From contig NC_042997.1 of the NCBI RefSeq assembly GCF_006345805.1, positions 33,108,001 to 33,172,000 on the forward strand: a stretch of 64,000 nucleotides of DNA, in the 5' to 3' direction. This stretch comes from Octopus sinensis (taxonomy: Eukaryota). This document shows, in pieces, positions 48,000 through 60,975 of this stretch. A model generated the notes under the pieces. The model was not told the origin of the DNA. It saw only the letters and a program-made list of their open reading frames with translations, and ran no database searches. Each line of letters begins with the position of its first letter. Position 1 is the stretch's first letter. The position numbers and the translations under genes were made by a program.

Positions 48000-50900
48000 A
48001 ATATATATATATTTATATACATATATACGACAGGCTTCTTTCAGTTTCTGTCTACCAAATCCACTCACAAGGCATTGGTCGGCCCGGGGCTATAGCAGAA
48101 GACACTTGCCCAAGATGCCATGCAGTGGGACTGAACCCGGAACCATGTGGTTGGTTAGCAAGCTACTTACCACACAGCCACTCCAAAGTTTGAGTAACAT
48201 GGCAAAAAAACAACAACAAAAGAACTGGAATATAATCTCTGATGAACTATGACTGGTTTATAGCCACTGGTCCTAGAGGTTTGTGAGAGTTGTTTCATAA
48301 GGATTTTGTGGAATAATTTTGGGAGAAGAACAAGGTTGATACTGGTCATCTTTATCTCGATAGACTGTTTTCTCTTCCAAAAACATTACTAGTGATGTAG
48401 CAAAAGGACTGTATTTAAAATATGGAAGACGTTGAGAATGTGTAGGATTACTTTTTCATTTCAACGAATCCTAGTGCTTTTATGTACCACAAGTTCATAT
48501 GAAAGGTCCTCTCATGGTAAATAATGCAGTATTCTGTGTTCTAACACAACATCCACTTTAAGTGGAAGAAAAATACAATACCTTTTGGTATTTGGTATTC
48601 ATACTGCTTCTGTTGCCATCAATTGTCTTTTAATAATCCCACTGGCTATTTGCAACATCAGCACCTGGATAGACACTGAGATTCTAGATATTGCTGACAG
48701 GGGATTCAGCTTTTGTGTTTTGCCAGATGTCTGCCATTGACAAGGCCAAGAACAGCTGAGATCTCATGATCTGGCAGTACCAGCAGACATAGAGGAGGAT
48801 TCTTGCTCATCAGTGATATAGACATGAATGCTTTTATGCATCACAAGTCTATATGAGAGGTTCTCTCATGGTAAATAATACAGTATTTTGTGTTCTAATA
48901 TAACATCCAGTTCAAGTGCATGATAAATAGATCCTAATATGTGATAAATTTGTTCATTCATCTTGCCTTACTTGCGTGTCTCAAAATATTTTCAGTCACA
49001 TGAATTTAGGAGTGATCCCATTATTGCAAAATATTACCATACAGTGGGAGATCATAAGATCATGACTCTGTGCAAAAGACAGAATTAAAATTGTTGCTCA
49101 AGGTGTTAGCAAAGAGGTTGATCCAAAAGATATTATTAGCTGAACTACTCACTCGTAACATGAAAGAAAGATCTATTTTTACTAAGTAGACAGAGATATT
49201 ATTATTGTTAAATAACCTGAAGTTACATGCTGCACCTACTAGGGTACAGCATGTAAGACTCTACACATAATCTATGCTTCTTATCTGTTTAGCTACCCAT
49301 AAGCTATTAAAAGAACAAAAATCTAAACAAAGTGAAGCATTATGTACTTTCAAAGACCAAAAAAGCTGCAGAAGGTGGTCATGATGTGTAACAAGATAAA
49401 TGTTGAAGAATTGTTTCTCTCTTGATGAGTTGACTGAGAAAAAACACAGCTACTAGTAAGAAATACAAAAGCTATATATGTCACCAAAACAACATAACTC
49501 TAGTTACCAAATACAAAATAGATGAGATAATTCCTTGCCATACATAAAAACAGTAATAAAGTAAGAAAAATAAATATATAATGAGGTTTTGTTAGCCAAA
49601 ACACTAAGGTAATTAAGAAGCAGGTAAGACAAACATTAAGGAGCACAATAGACGTGCAATTCAGATATGAACCTTTCAAATTCCAAGGAAATTGGCATCT
49701 TACTGAAATAGCTATAATTTAGTGAGGAATGTTTGTGTTAGTAGAGTTGGGCTTGATTCCATGCTCAGAAATATCATCATCCTCATCATCATCGTTTAAC
49801 GTCCGTTCTCCATGCTAGCATGGGTTGGACGGTTCGACTGGGGATCTGGGAAGCCAGAAGGCTGCACCAGGCTCCAGTCTTATCTGGCAGTGTTTCTACA
49901 GCTGGATGCCCTTCCTAACGCCAACCACTCCGTGAGTGTAGTGGGTGCTTTTTACGTGCCACCTGCACAGGTGCCAGGCGAGGCTGGCAACGGCCACGGT
50001 CGGATTGGTGCATTTTACGTGCCACCGGCACGGAAGCCAGTCGAGGCGGCGCTGGCATCGGCCACGATTATGTCTGACTATTAGACCAAAACTCTTATAG
50101 GCCAATTATAACACAGCAAATATGATTAGTTGCTTATGCAACTAATTGTGTTTTGATTAAAGAATCAATTATTGTAACAAGGAAACCTAAATTTGGCTAA
50201 AGATTTCATCTAATAGATCAAAGACCAGCAAGTATGGCTCACGAAACTTCTTATTGCATCTAATTATATTGCAAGGCCCGCAAAATTAAAACAAAATAAC
50301 AATTAACCTCTTCTCTTTTGCTATCATGCTTAGTTTTCTTTGAATTTAATCATGATTTGACCATCACTTCTTAAATAGCGTTAAGCAGAAATCACAAATA
50401 ATCAATAGATGAGGAGATATAATATAATTAACAGAGCACAATTTAACCAATAGGAGTAATCAGTAGATGAATACATTATATGCACTCTTTTATTGGTTAC
50501 TCCTATTATTAAATAAGCACTTATTCTCTGGTCTGGTCTGTCTAATCACAGATGGAAGATATAGCCAGACAAAATTAGAGGCACTGGGAAATATTTATTG
50601 AAGAAATCATTGATTTAAAACTGGACATCTGAAGGAAGATTAATCTTATTCCCAATACTGTTTGATGGTGTTTAGAATCAAGTCAACTGTAATCTCTGTA
50701 CAGTGATGTCTTAAGGCATGAGCATACTAGGAAGTTGTGCAGGAATCCAAAGGGTCTGGGAACCCAAAGAGTTTATGGGTCCAATTCTGATTTACGTATG
50801 CTGTAATTTGGTGTCAGTAAATATATACTAAAGGACCCTGTGCATTGATTTGTCCAAGGACATGTAATGTTACTAAGACAGCTTTGTCACTGTACAACAG

Positions 50901-51284
50901 CAGTACACAGTCAATAAATATTTCTTTGTAAGAAGCAATCCATATGTAAGTTGCTTGACCTGTTAGAAATTGTGATCAAATATTTCTCAAATCACTCCTT
51001 TTTTGACCTTTTTGGGCTTGTAAGTATGGTAAGTTATCGCCTTCCTACTCATTATCAACTGAAGTAAATATTAGACCCCAGCAGATAAACCCAGAGATAT
51101 CTAGTGGTACTTTTCACTAACTTAGAAGATCTGACTATGAAGATGGCCTGGAATCTCTCTCTGTCTTCAAAAACAGATCATCTGCAAGAAGAAAACTGAC
51201 AGGATGAGTGTCTTGGCTATGTACAAGTTTTATATACTTCATATATCTATATAGCTTTTGATATATTTTATTTATCTAGAATAG

Positions 51285-51507
51285 CTAATAGTACAGTTGT
51301 AACAGCAGATTTAATGTAATTTGAGAAGATGAAGCAGCTGGCAATCTGTAGTAATCACTAATATGGTCACCAGTCAAGTAATAAATGAAGGTTCGCGTTA
51401 AGCCAGTGAACCAGTTGCGCTTTTCCGACATACATTGATGTTTAAATATGTAACCAGACTCATCAAGAGAAAATATATTTCCAAAATTAAATTCTAAAGC
51501 AATGGAC
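51285..51507 (-). CDS. Candidate orphan exon (terminal, or internal ending at 51434)
   Basis: Strong acceptor ctatcttcctttcag|G; 73 open codons SIALEFNFGNIFSLDESGYIFKHQCMSEKRNWFTGLTRTFIYYLTGDHISDYYRLP...*; alternative GTATGT donor at 51433; unidentified. Confidence 0.3.
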
Positions 51508-54168
51508 CTGAAAGGAAGATAGGCTAGCTATAGCTGTGTTGCTCTTTGAACAATGACATTAATGGCGTTGCTGCTGCTATTGATGATGATGATGATAACT
51601 ATGATTAATGTGATTAATGTGAAGCTAAAGATGATAATAAGAAATAATTTGGGTAATTGATATTTTCTACATAAGCAAGCACCATTTTTCACCTCCAGCT
51701 CCACTTTTATTAGCATAAATATACTGTACTGCTAATCATTAAGATATTGTGTTGAGAAGTGTAGATTATGATGAAGTTGCTCTGGGAGATGAACACACAA
51801 CCTAATTTTGATACCTAACTCACCTCAAATATGTTGGTTATTTCTTTAAAAAATAATTTCCCAGGTTCTATAAATCTGTGGCATTTTGCATTCAGTCTGA
51901 AATCAATCATACTCTACCATGCCATGCTATCAAATTATTTCTACAAGATAGTTTGGCATGTTTGAAATAAATTTGATTATAATCAAATCAAATTCTTTCT
52001 TGAGAACTAATCTAGTGTTGAATTCAGAACAGATACAAACACAAATGAATCAAAGGTGAATAACCAAATTTATTTATACTTGCATCTAAATCTAATTTTA
52101 AAGTATATATATTCTGATTATAATTGTCAGCTCTTGATTTTCATGCCAATATCATCAATCTGTGATTCTTCTGTGGTTTTTGAAAATTCATGTAATATAG
52201 CAAATATTACATCAGTTTTAACTGATAACTATCTTTTCCTTCTATCTGATAGAAAGGTAGGCGGAAAAGCCATTTTGATGCTAAAGTAGAATGTATCTAT
52301 ACTGACAAAAATAGAAAAGAAATCTGTCATAACTATGTAATCTATATTGGTTTCAAATTTTGGCACAAGGCCAGCAATTTTGGGAGAGTGGTTAAGTTGA
52401 TTACATCGATCCCAGTGTTCAATCAGTATTTATTTTATCAACCCTGAAAGGATGAAAGGCAAAATTTGAACTCAGAATTTGAACTCAGACTGTTTTTTTT
52501 TTTAAATTTAACTCTTTTAATTCATTTAGGCATTTGGAGATTTTATCAGTGATAAGATTTCAAATCTGTACGTGGTCAAAATTTTGCCTATGGGCCAGAG
52601 AATCTTCACTTTTGATCTCAAAATCCACTACACATACCACTGTGCAACATGATTTTTGTCCTTGGGTAGCAACTGTTATTTCCTATTTGCTTACTCCTAG
52701 AAGGTATGAAAAATAGCTAATATTTCCTTCAAACTTTGCTTTTGTTACTTTTATTCAAACCTCCAAAAAATCCCTTTCAGCACATGGCTATGATGCTCCA
52801 TCACTACTCCTGCTCATCATCAGAAATGCACATATTGTCACCCACTATGAGACAAGTTCAAATAGTTAAGGTCAACTAACTGACAAACAAATCTGTGGTA
52901 TTGAGCAGAATATTTTCTATAACAATATTTCTGCTTCAGCAACACAGTGCTGAATCTGTCTAAAATGTGATGGGAAATAAGTCTGTTTCAAAACATTGAT
53001 GTCCAGGTCACAAAAGCAAAGTTTGAAGGGAATGGTAGTCATTTCTTTTGATTTCTAGGTAGAAGCGAATAGCAAATAACACTTACAAAGATAAGAAAAG
53101 AAGAAAATTAGAATTAAAATTTTGTTACTCAGTGTAATTCCTTACAATTTTTTTTAATTAGCTAATGTAGCTACTAAACATGATATATGTCACTAGTCTT
53201 ATCTGTTGTTGTTCCATCTTTTTTTATTACACATGAGTTCACTTTGCAACTATGAAGTTCTGAGTTTGATTTATTTGAACAGTACCTTGAGCAAGAATCT
53301 TTTACCATAGCTTCAGGATGACTAAAATATTTTGTGAATAAAGTTTGATAGAAATTGCACAAAGGCCCATCATGTATTATCCTCACTGTCAACACCATTT
53401 AGTGTCCCTGTTTCATGCTGGCATAGGTTGAACGATTTGACAGAATCTGATAGGTCCAAGGACCACATTGTGCTTCAGGTATCTGCTTTGGCTTGATTTC
53501 TACAGCTGAATGCCCTTCCTTATACCAACCACTTTACAGCATGTACTGGTTGCTTTTTTCATGCCACTAGTACTAGTGAGATCATCATGCAGTTCGCAAG
53601 GTTCTGAACCTGATGGTGGTGGTGGAAGAGTTGGCTTTATATTAGCAAATGAGTGGTTAAAGTATGAAAGAAGGAAGGGCAGAACAGGTTCTTGGAGAGG
53701 AGCTACATGGCTACTCACATTTGGAAGAATATGTCTGTATATGTGCAATATCACTGAAGTATGTCAACAAAAGATGAAGATACTAATGAGAAAACTGAAG
53801 AGCCAGGCTGTTTGAATAACAACATCCTGTATGGTATTTATGCTGTGACAAGTTACACAGGTATTCCCTCGTTATTCACATTGTCAGATTTATGATGACC
53901 AGTAATTGGTCTATTGTAAATCTGTAACTAACGACACTATATGTAAATATGATATAAAATAAAAAAAATTAATATTTATTATATCGGCACATACTTGGCT
54001 GTGTGGTTAAGAAGCTCGCTTTGCAACCATGTGGTTTTGGGTTCAGTCCCATTGCACAGCATCTTAGGTTAGTGTTTTCAACTATAGTCCTGGAGCAACC
54101 AATGCCTTGTGAGAAACTTTGGTAGACAGAAACTGTGTGGAAGCCTGTTATGTATTTTTGTACATATG

Positions 54169-54381
54169 CATGAGGTGGTGCTGAAAAGTGGTGAAAGGCC
54201 TGGTTGGAGGCCCAACCTTCCAAGGCCTTTCATAGAGATTAGAAAAACTGAAGGACTGCTGTAATAAGTGTGTTAATCTGAGAGGGGAATATGTTGAATG
54301 AAATCATAATTAACAGGTCCTCCTGTGTTTTCTTTTTTTTTATTTTACCCAAAGCCAGGAACTTTTCAGCACCTTCTTGTA
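54169..54381 (+). mobile_element. Internally deleted mariner element
   Basis: TIRs GAGGTGGTGCTGAAAAGT / ACTTTTCAGCACCTTC; retains LEKLKDCCNKCVNLRGEYVE*, resembling the mariner transposase C-terminus. Confidence 0.75.
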
Positions 54382-55648
54382 CGAATGTGTGTGTGTGTGT
54401 GTGTGTTATGTCTGTCTGTTTGTTTGTTTTTGTGTTTGTGAAACTACTTTTGCTTGACAACCAGTATTGTTTTCTTCATATCCCCATAACTTAACAGCTA
54501 ACCAAAAGAAAGCAGTAGAATAAATATCAAACTTAAAAATAAATTCTGTAGCCAATTTGTGTAACTAAACCCTTTAAGGTGTGTCCCAGCATGGCTGCAG
54601 TCCAATGACTAAAGCAAGCAAAAAATAAAAAAAATATATGTAATTTCTTTATATTCATTATCTTGGATAACCTGGCTAAATTAACATAAATTGTACTCAC
54701 TTATACACATATACAACACCCCACGCAATTAGGCACAATGTGTACAAGACCAAATACCTTACAGTTTAAATTTTGTCACCAGCTAATTTATATCTCATCA
54801 CTAGCAGACATTTAGAGAATAAGTGCTGTCTGCTCTTTATCTGTTTAGTTGCTTGATACAGCTTAAGCCAAATTACCAGCAGGAGATCGTATTTAACCAC
54901 ATGCATTTATTTTTGTTTTAAACAAGCTGCCGAGTGAAAGCATTGACTTTTATTTCTAAATGCATCACTGCTGTTCTATGAACTGTGCATTTGTAATGCA
55001 GTGATGAAAGGATTATTATAACAGGGTATTCAGTAGTTGTACACTCTGCTAGAAATAGCACCCTATTATTCCTCAAATAACTGCCAACTGTCTTAAAAAT
55101 GAAAAAAAATGAAAAAAAAAAAGTAGACACATTAGATGATGTGGTCCTGGATTATTTGCATATAGGGAAAAGCAGGATGATCAGGGCTGGAATGCTTTGG
55201 TCATGGGTCTGCTTGATCAGGGTTGCCTGGGGCTAAACAGCAATGACAACCATAGTATTAGGTGAGAGTGCATGTGAGTGTGTTCATGTGTGTGTGCATG
55301 CGTGCATATGATAATCAAAATATGAATAGACTGTGTTTCTGAGGAGGCAAGATTGTCAAGATGACAGAACTTAGGATTAAAAGACTTTATAAGGTTTAAT
55401 ATTTAGGTGCTCTGAAGGGAGCTCGTAGATTCATTAGCATGCCAGGCAAGATACTTAGCAGCATTTTGTCTGTCTTTTATTATGAGTTCAAATTCCACTA
55501 AGGTCAACTTTGCCTTCCATCCATTTGGGGTCAATAAAATAAGTATCAGTTGAGCACTAGGATTGTTTTAATCGACATACCTCATCTCTGAAATGCTGGC
55601 CTTTTTTCCCTTTGGGCTTGATCTGAAGATATAGCTATATTGTTGTTG

Positions 55649-55698
<50 letters not shown>

Positions 55699-56436
55699 GA
55701 GTGAGAGAGCAGTACATGCCATCAAAGTGACACTGGGGTAAAATATACGAAGCCCAGTATACCCATCACGACTACCCGTCTGATAAGGGTACACTAGGCA
55801 CATGTATCACAACCATATGTGCATGACATGGTGATCTCATATCAAGATAAACAGTACATAACCTTGCAGGTGGGGCCCAGTTAGAATTTTCTTCTGGTTG
55901 AGTAGCCTATCCCGCTCAAAAGGTCCCTGAATAAGGATTGTTTAAGGATGTTGAACGAACCACCCATGTTTCCAAATGTGAATTATCCAAACCTCTAAGA
56001 ATTTCTTTCAACACACGGCTATGATGCTCCCCCACTTATTATTATTATTATTATTTTTATTATTATTATTATATTATTATTATTATTATTATTATTATTG
56101 AGTGAGAGAGCAGTACATGCCATCAAAGTGACACTGGGGTAAAATATACGAAGCCCAGTATACCCATCACGACTACCCGTCTGATAAGGGTACACTAGGC
56201 ACATGTATCACAACCATATGTGCATGACATGGTGATCTCATATCAAGATAAACAGTACATAACCTTGCAGGTGGGGCCCAGTTAGAATTTTCTTCTGGTT
56301 GAGTAGCCTATCCCGCTCAAAAGGTCCCTGAATAAGGATTGTTTAAGGATGTTGAACGAACCACCCATGTTTCCAAATGTGAATTATCCAAACCTCTAAG
56401 AATTTCTTTCAACACACGGCTATGATGCTCCCCCAC
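55699..56436 (-). repeat. Two identical 337-bp (TAA)n-tailed retroposon 3' fragments in tandem (period 401 bp)
   Basis: 55699-56035 equals 56100-56436 by eye; separated and flanked by (TTA)n. Confidence 0.92.
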
Positions 56437-58689
56437 TTATTATTATTATTATTTTTATTATTATTATTATTATTTACTTCCAAGTAAGTAGTGATCTGGC
56501 AGAATCGTTAGCATGATGGACAAAATAGTTAGTAGTATTTCTTTCAATATTTCACTTTCTGAGTTCAAATTCTGCTGGGGTTAGCTTTACCTTTCATCCT
56601 TTAGGGGATGATAAAATTAAGTACCAGTCAAGTATTGGGATCAGTAAAACTGACTTGCCCCCTCCCCTCAAACTGCTGGCTTTGTGCCAAAATTAGTGAG
56701 ATCATTATTTAGACCCAGGTCAGTCCTGACTTACAGATATGTAATCCAAGACATTCCTACTCCATGACCACCCTGTCTGTTTTAGAGTATCTCTAAGACT
56801 ACATTATACAATTCTTTTCTGTGTTCTGTCTTTTAGTTGTTGTTGTTTGCTTGTTCCTTCTTGATCCATGCCTGGCTCATAAGGGCCGGTTTCCCGGTTT
56901 CCTTGGCGTATAAGTTCCTCACCTGGACGAGACGCCGATCTATTGCAGGTGAGCTGCAAGATGCAGGAGGAAAGAATGAGAGAAAGTTGTGGCGAAAGAG
57001 TCAGCGGAAGTTTGCCATTACCTTCTGTCGGAACTGCATGGAGCTTAGGTGTTTCGCTCATAAACACACACATCGCCCGGTCTGAGATTCGAACCTGCGA
57101 TCCCTCGACCGTGAGTCTGCTGCTCTAACCACTAGGCCTTTTAGTGAGAGAGTAGAGTGCAATTAAAGGATATTTGACTGCTAAGTCTGATACATCAAGC
57201 GACTATGTAAAAAACTCCTCTGCTGGTTTGAGCTAAAATAGAGTGACAAGATCTGTTGAGTAAGTTTTATGTTCTTGGTAACCTGACTCCTTATGTAGTT
57301 TAATTACCTGATTGTAATAAATTTACTTTGCTAGTAACCTTGTATCTGATGTGAACATCAAAAAAAAAAAAAAAAAATATATATTTCCTATAAAAATAAG
57401 GCAATTATAACCCATATATCAAAGTGATGAAGTTGTAGAGAAGAAACTTCAAATCCTTCTAAGATTACTTTTGATTCTCATATCTCCCATGTCAATAAAA
57501 TAATGTGTGATAGAAAAGTTCTTGGGTTAATTTATACACCTTTATTATTTCCCAGGTAAATTTCAAGCCTTGTACATTATCAAAAGAGATCCAATATATT
57601 TTGCTTTATTATAATAGTTTCCAATATAAATAATGTTAATATTTCCAACAAAAACATAACTTTAAACAAATATTTCTCTTACAGCCATATTTTTGTAAGC
57701 TTCTGTCTAGTTTTGGTTCTTGCTTCTTACTTTCATTTGCTTCTGGCACAAAGAAGTTGAAAGAAGTGTTTATGTTAATTCAAATAACAAAGAGAGGAAT
57801 AAAATAGGAATACACACACACACACACATATATACACACACACACACACACATAGACACAGACACACACAGACACAGACACACACACACACACATAAATG
57901 GATAGATGGAAAAAGTAGAGGAAAGTGTGAAAAAGAATAATGTTGATGCATTATTCAATTTTCCTTTACTTAAGAAGAAAGACCTTACTACACACACAAA
58001 CACATACACACACACACATATATATATATGTGCCCACACTCATTTACACATGCCCACATACATCATCACAGTTCATGTTCCATGCTGCCATTTGTTAGAT
58101 ATATGTATGCTTGTGTCATGTGTGTGTGTGTGTGTGTGTGTGTGTGATCATCATCATTTAATGTCGATTTTCCATGCTGGTATGTACACTTTTCCATACT
58201 CACATGGGTTGGACAGAATTTGTTGAGATGGATTTTCTATAGCCAGATGCCCTTTCTATTGCCAATCTCTCCCACCTGCTTCCAAGTTAAGCAGTATTTC
58301 TACATTCTTGGAAGATTGGAAATGAAGAGTGTCACTTGCATGAGGTTAATACTCACTTAGAACTACCAAATGATGTCAAGGCAAGGAGACAGTAAAACAA
58401 ACACACACATACATACACACACACACACATAGAATTCCTTGTGTATTTCACTTCGTTATTGTATTTGCATCAGTCAATGTTAATCTGGAATCTGAGCGTG
58501 TCACAGAGTGCATGGAGTAAATAAGACAAATTCCGAGAGATTGTTTATATGGTATATAAGCTTCTATAACAGAAAGTTTTTTAGTTGCATATGTAAATTA
58601 CATTATCAAAATTCGTTGTCAAATCTTCAGAGGCATGTAATATGTATAAGTGACATTACTGAATTGTTGAAATGTCGACAGAAATAACC

Positions 58690-58900
58690 AGTGAAGTGAT
58701 AGCAGCCAAGCATCATACAATCTGTCAGTCAAAGACAAACTGTGTAATGTTCGTGTATGAAGAGTGATGTTACTTGGTAGCGAAATGTGGGTTGGGAATG
58801 CAAAGGATATGTGAAGACTTGAAAGAAATAAAGCTTGCAAACTTCACTGGATGTGCTATGTTAGTGTGCATGTACTACAAAGTGCAAATGTGTTAAGAAA
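58690..58900 (+). mobile_element. Degenerate RTE fragment
   Basis: VMLLGSEMW...RLERNKA..LHWMCYVSV; same family as 7690-8100. Confidence 0.65.
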
Positions 58901-59707
58901 AATATCTTTTGTCCCATTCCACCCAAACATGATTTACCTCAAGAAAGTTTTGGTGGCATTAAGTGAAAGTGAATGGCTTAAATGAAGAATCAAAACTAAA
59001 TTACTGATCTGGTTCATTTAATGGAACTTCTAAGAAATCTGTCCAATAATAATTATTATTATTCTTTAATTATTGCCTTGATAAGCATCAAAAGCCCAGT
59101 CATAATGAATTGATTATACATTATAAATAAGTCATTAATAACCATGTTGAAGATTAACGGAGAAGTACTATACTAGTATATATATATATATATTTAATGC
59201 ATAAAACTCTGGACTTGAGCCAACAAGTTAACTTTCAGACCATTTATTCCAGCTTGCTAAAGTAATAGCAAAATCTCTTTTTATGTTAAATGCCATGTAT
59301 CATTTACTTTTTTCATTTCACACAAAAAATGACACAGATAGTATCAAGCAAAAACAGTAACAGCAATATTTCTGCTAATATTACAATTACTATCATCAAT
59401 AACAGCACCAAAAACAATGCTACTGTTCTATTACTAATGTTAATATAGCCTCCAGACATACATCAAAACATCAATTATTTCTGTAAGTTAGCCTCTGTAC
59501 AAGTGATTACCTGTCTAAAATAATTAATTCTGATGTAGCAAAATTTACTTATGTATACGATATTTTATTTTGGTCTTGAATATAACAATTAAAATTTTGA
59601 AACATGCAAAAAAATGTTGGACTAAAAATTAAATGCAATATGCTTGGATTGTCAAACACCACACAACACAAACAAGCTATTCGCAGTAATGGTGAATATG
59701 ATCTCAA

Positions 59708-60090
59708 GTGGAGGCGCAATGGCCCAGTGGTTAGGGCAGCGGACTCACAGTCGTAGGATCGCGGTTTCGATTCCCAGACCGGGCGTTGTGAGTGTTTATT
59801 GAGCGAAAACACCTAAGCTCCACAGGGCTCCGGCAGGGGATGGTGGTGATCCCTGCTGTACTGTTTCACCACAACTTTCTCTCACTCTTACTTCCTGTTT
59901 CTGTTGTACCTGTATTTCAAAGGGCCGGCCTTGTCACTCTCTGTGTCACGCTGAATATCCCCAAGAACTACGTTAAGGGTACACGTGTCTGTGGAGTGCT
60001 CAGCCACTTACACGTTAATTTCACAAACAGGCTGTTCCGTTGATCGGATCAACCAGAACCCTCGTCGTTGTAACCGACGGAGTGCTTCCA
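59708..60090 (+). mobile_element. SINE family C, full length
   Basis: 14-bp TSD GAATATG(A/G)TCTCAA at 59694-59707 and 60091-60104. Confidence 0.92.
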
Positions 60091-60576
60091 GAATATGGTC
60101 TCAAATCAAATTAAATAATGAAACATCTAATGCATAGAATCTAAGTGTCATTTATAAATATTCAAAACTGACAAAAGTTAATCAACATCAACAGTATTTA
60201 TTAGCTGTCTTGCTTAACAATACAGTGTTAATTAACTCTCTAGGCCATAGAACACTAATTGACTCTCTAGATAAACTAAGTGAGATTACTTAACAATAAG
60301 AACAATAAAACAAAAGAACTTACCAAAATTTCAAGCAAGAAAGTTTCTATTTAGCTGTTCTACCATTTCACTTCAACCACCAGATATTCCTCAAGAAATA
60401 CTTAAGTCTTGAATATGCCATCAGTCAAAACTTTTAGGACAGAACGGTCCAAGCCTCAACACCAATTATATAACCAAGCCTGATCTATGTTACAAAGTAT
60501 TTTCTCCTAAGTATTTGATAAAGCTCTCTCCATTCTTGTTCAAGATGAACTGATCAGGTTTATCAAACAAGGGTAA

Positions 60577-60975
60577 TCTTTATATATAAAAGTAAGGTTG
60601 TGTGTCTGTCTCCTACGATTTAGATTCCTAACTACCCCCACATTTTGCGGTGCAGTTTAACCAAAACCGGGTATCTTATAGTGGTGATTCATATCGAGCC
60701 CTTCTGGGTATTAGCGCACGTCTACGATGAGTCTATGATTTAAAAAAAAATTTACCATCATTTTTTTCCATTTTAATGCATTTTTTTCGCTATTATATAA
60801 GGGAAGTAACTCTCTAAAAATGTCTACGATGAGTCAACGATTTAAAAAAAAATTTACCATAATTTTTTTTCCATTTTTAATGCATTTTTTTGCTATTTTT
60901 TGGCTATAACTCTCTAAAAATGCTTATATAGTTATTTCCCTTACAAACCCGAGCAACGCCGGGCGATACTACTAG
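60577..60975 (+). mobile_element. Non-autonomous Helitron
   Basis: A|TC 5' end, CTAG|T 3' end, CCCGAGCAACGCCGGG hairpin 12 nt before the end, no TSD, internal about 75-bp duplication. Confidence 0.85.

Noticed and set aside
51355-51436. Alternative frame MYVGKAQLVHWLNANLHL resembling an EB1 CH-domain start
   Set aside because: It stops after 22 codons and the downstream EB1 motifs are absent.
54918-55130. 70-aa minus ORF behind a long T-rich acceptor
   Set aside because: No homology recognised and no suitable donor; the poly-T tract may be incidental.
60500-60576. LSILVQDELIRFIKQG, faintly like an L1/Tx1 RT 'Q.GF..R' motif
   Set aside because: Similarity is too weak and short, with no other RT motifs nearby.
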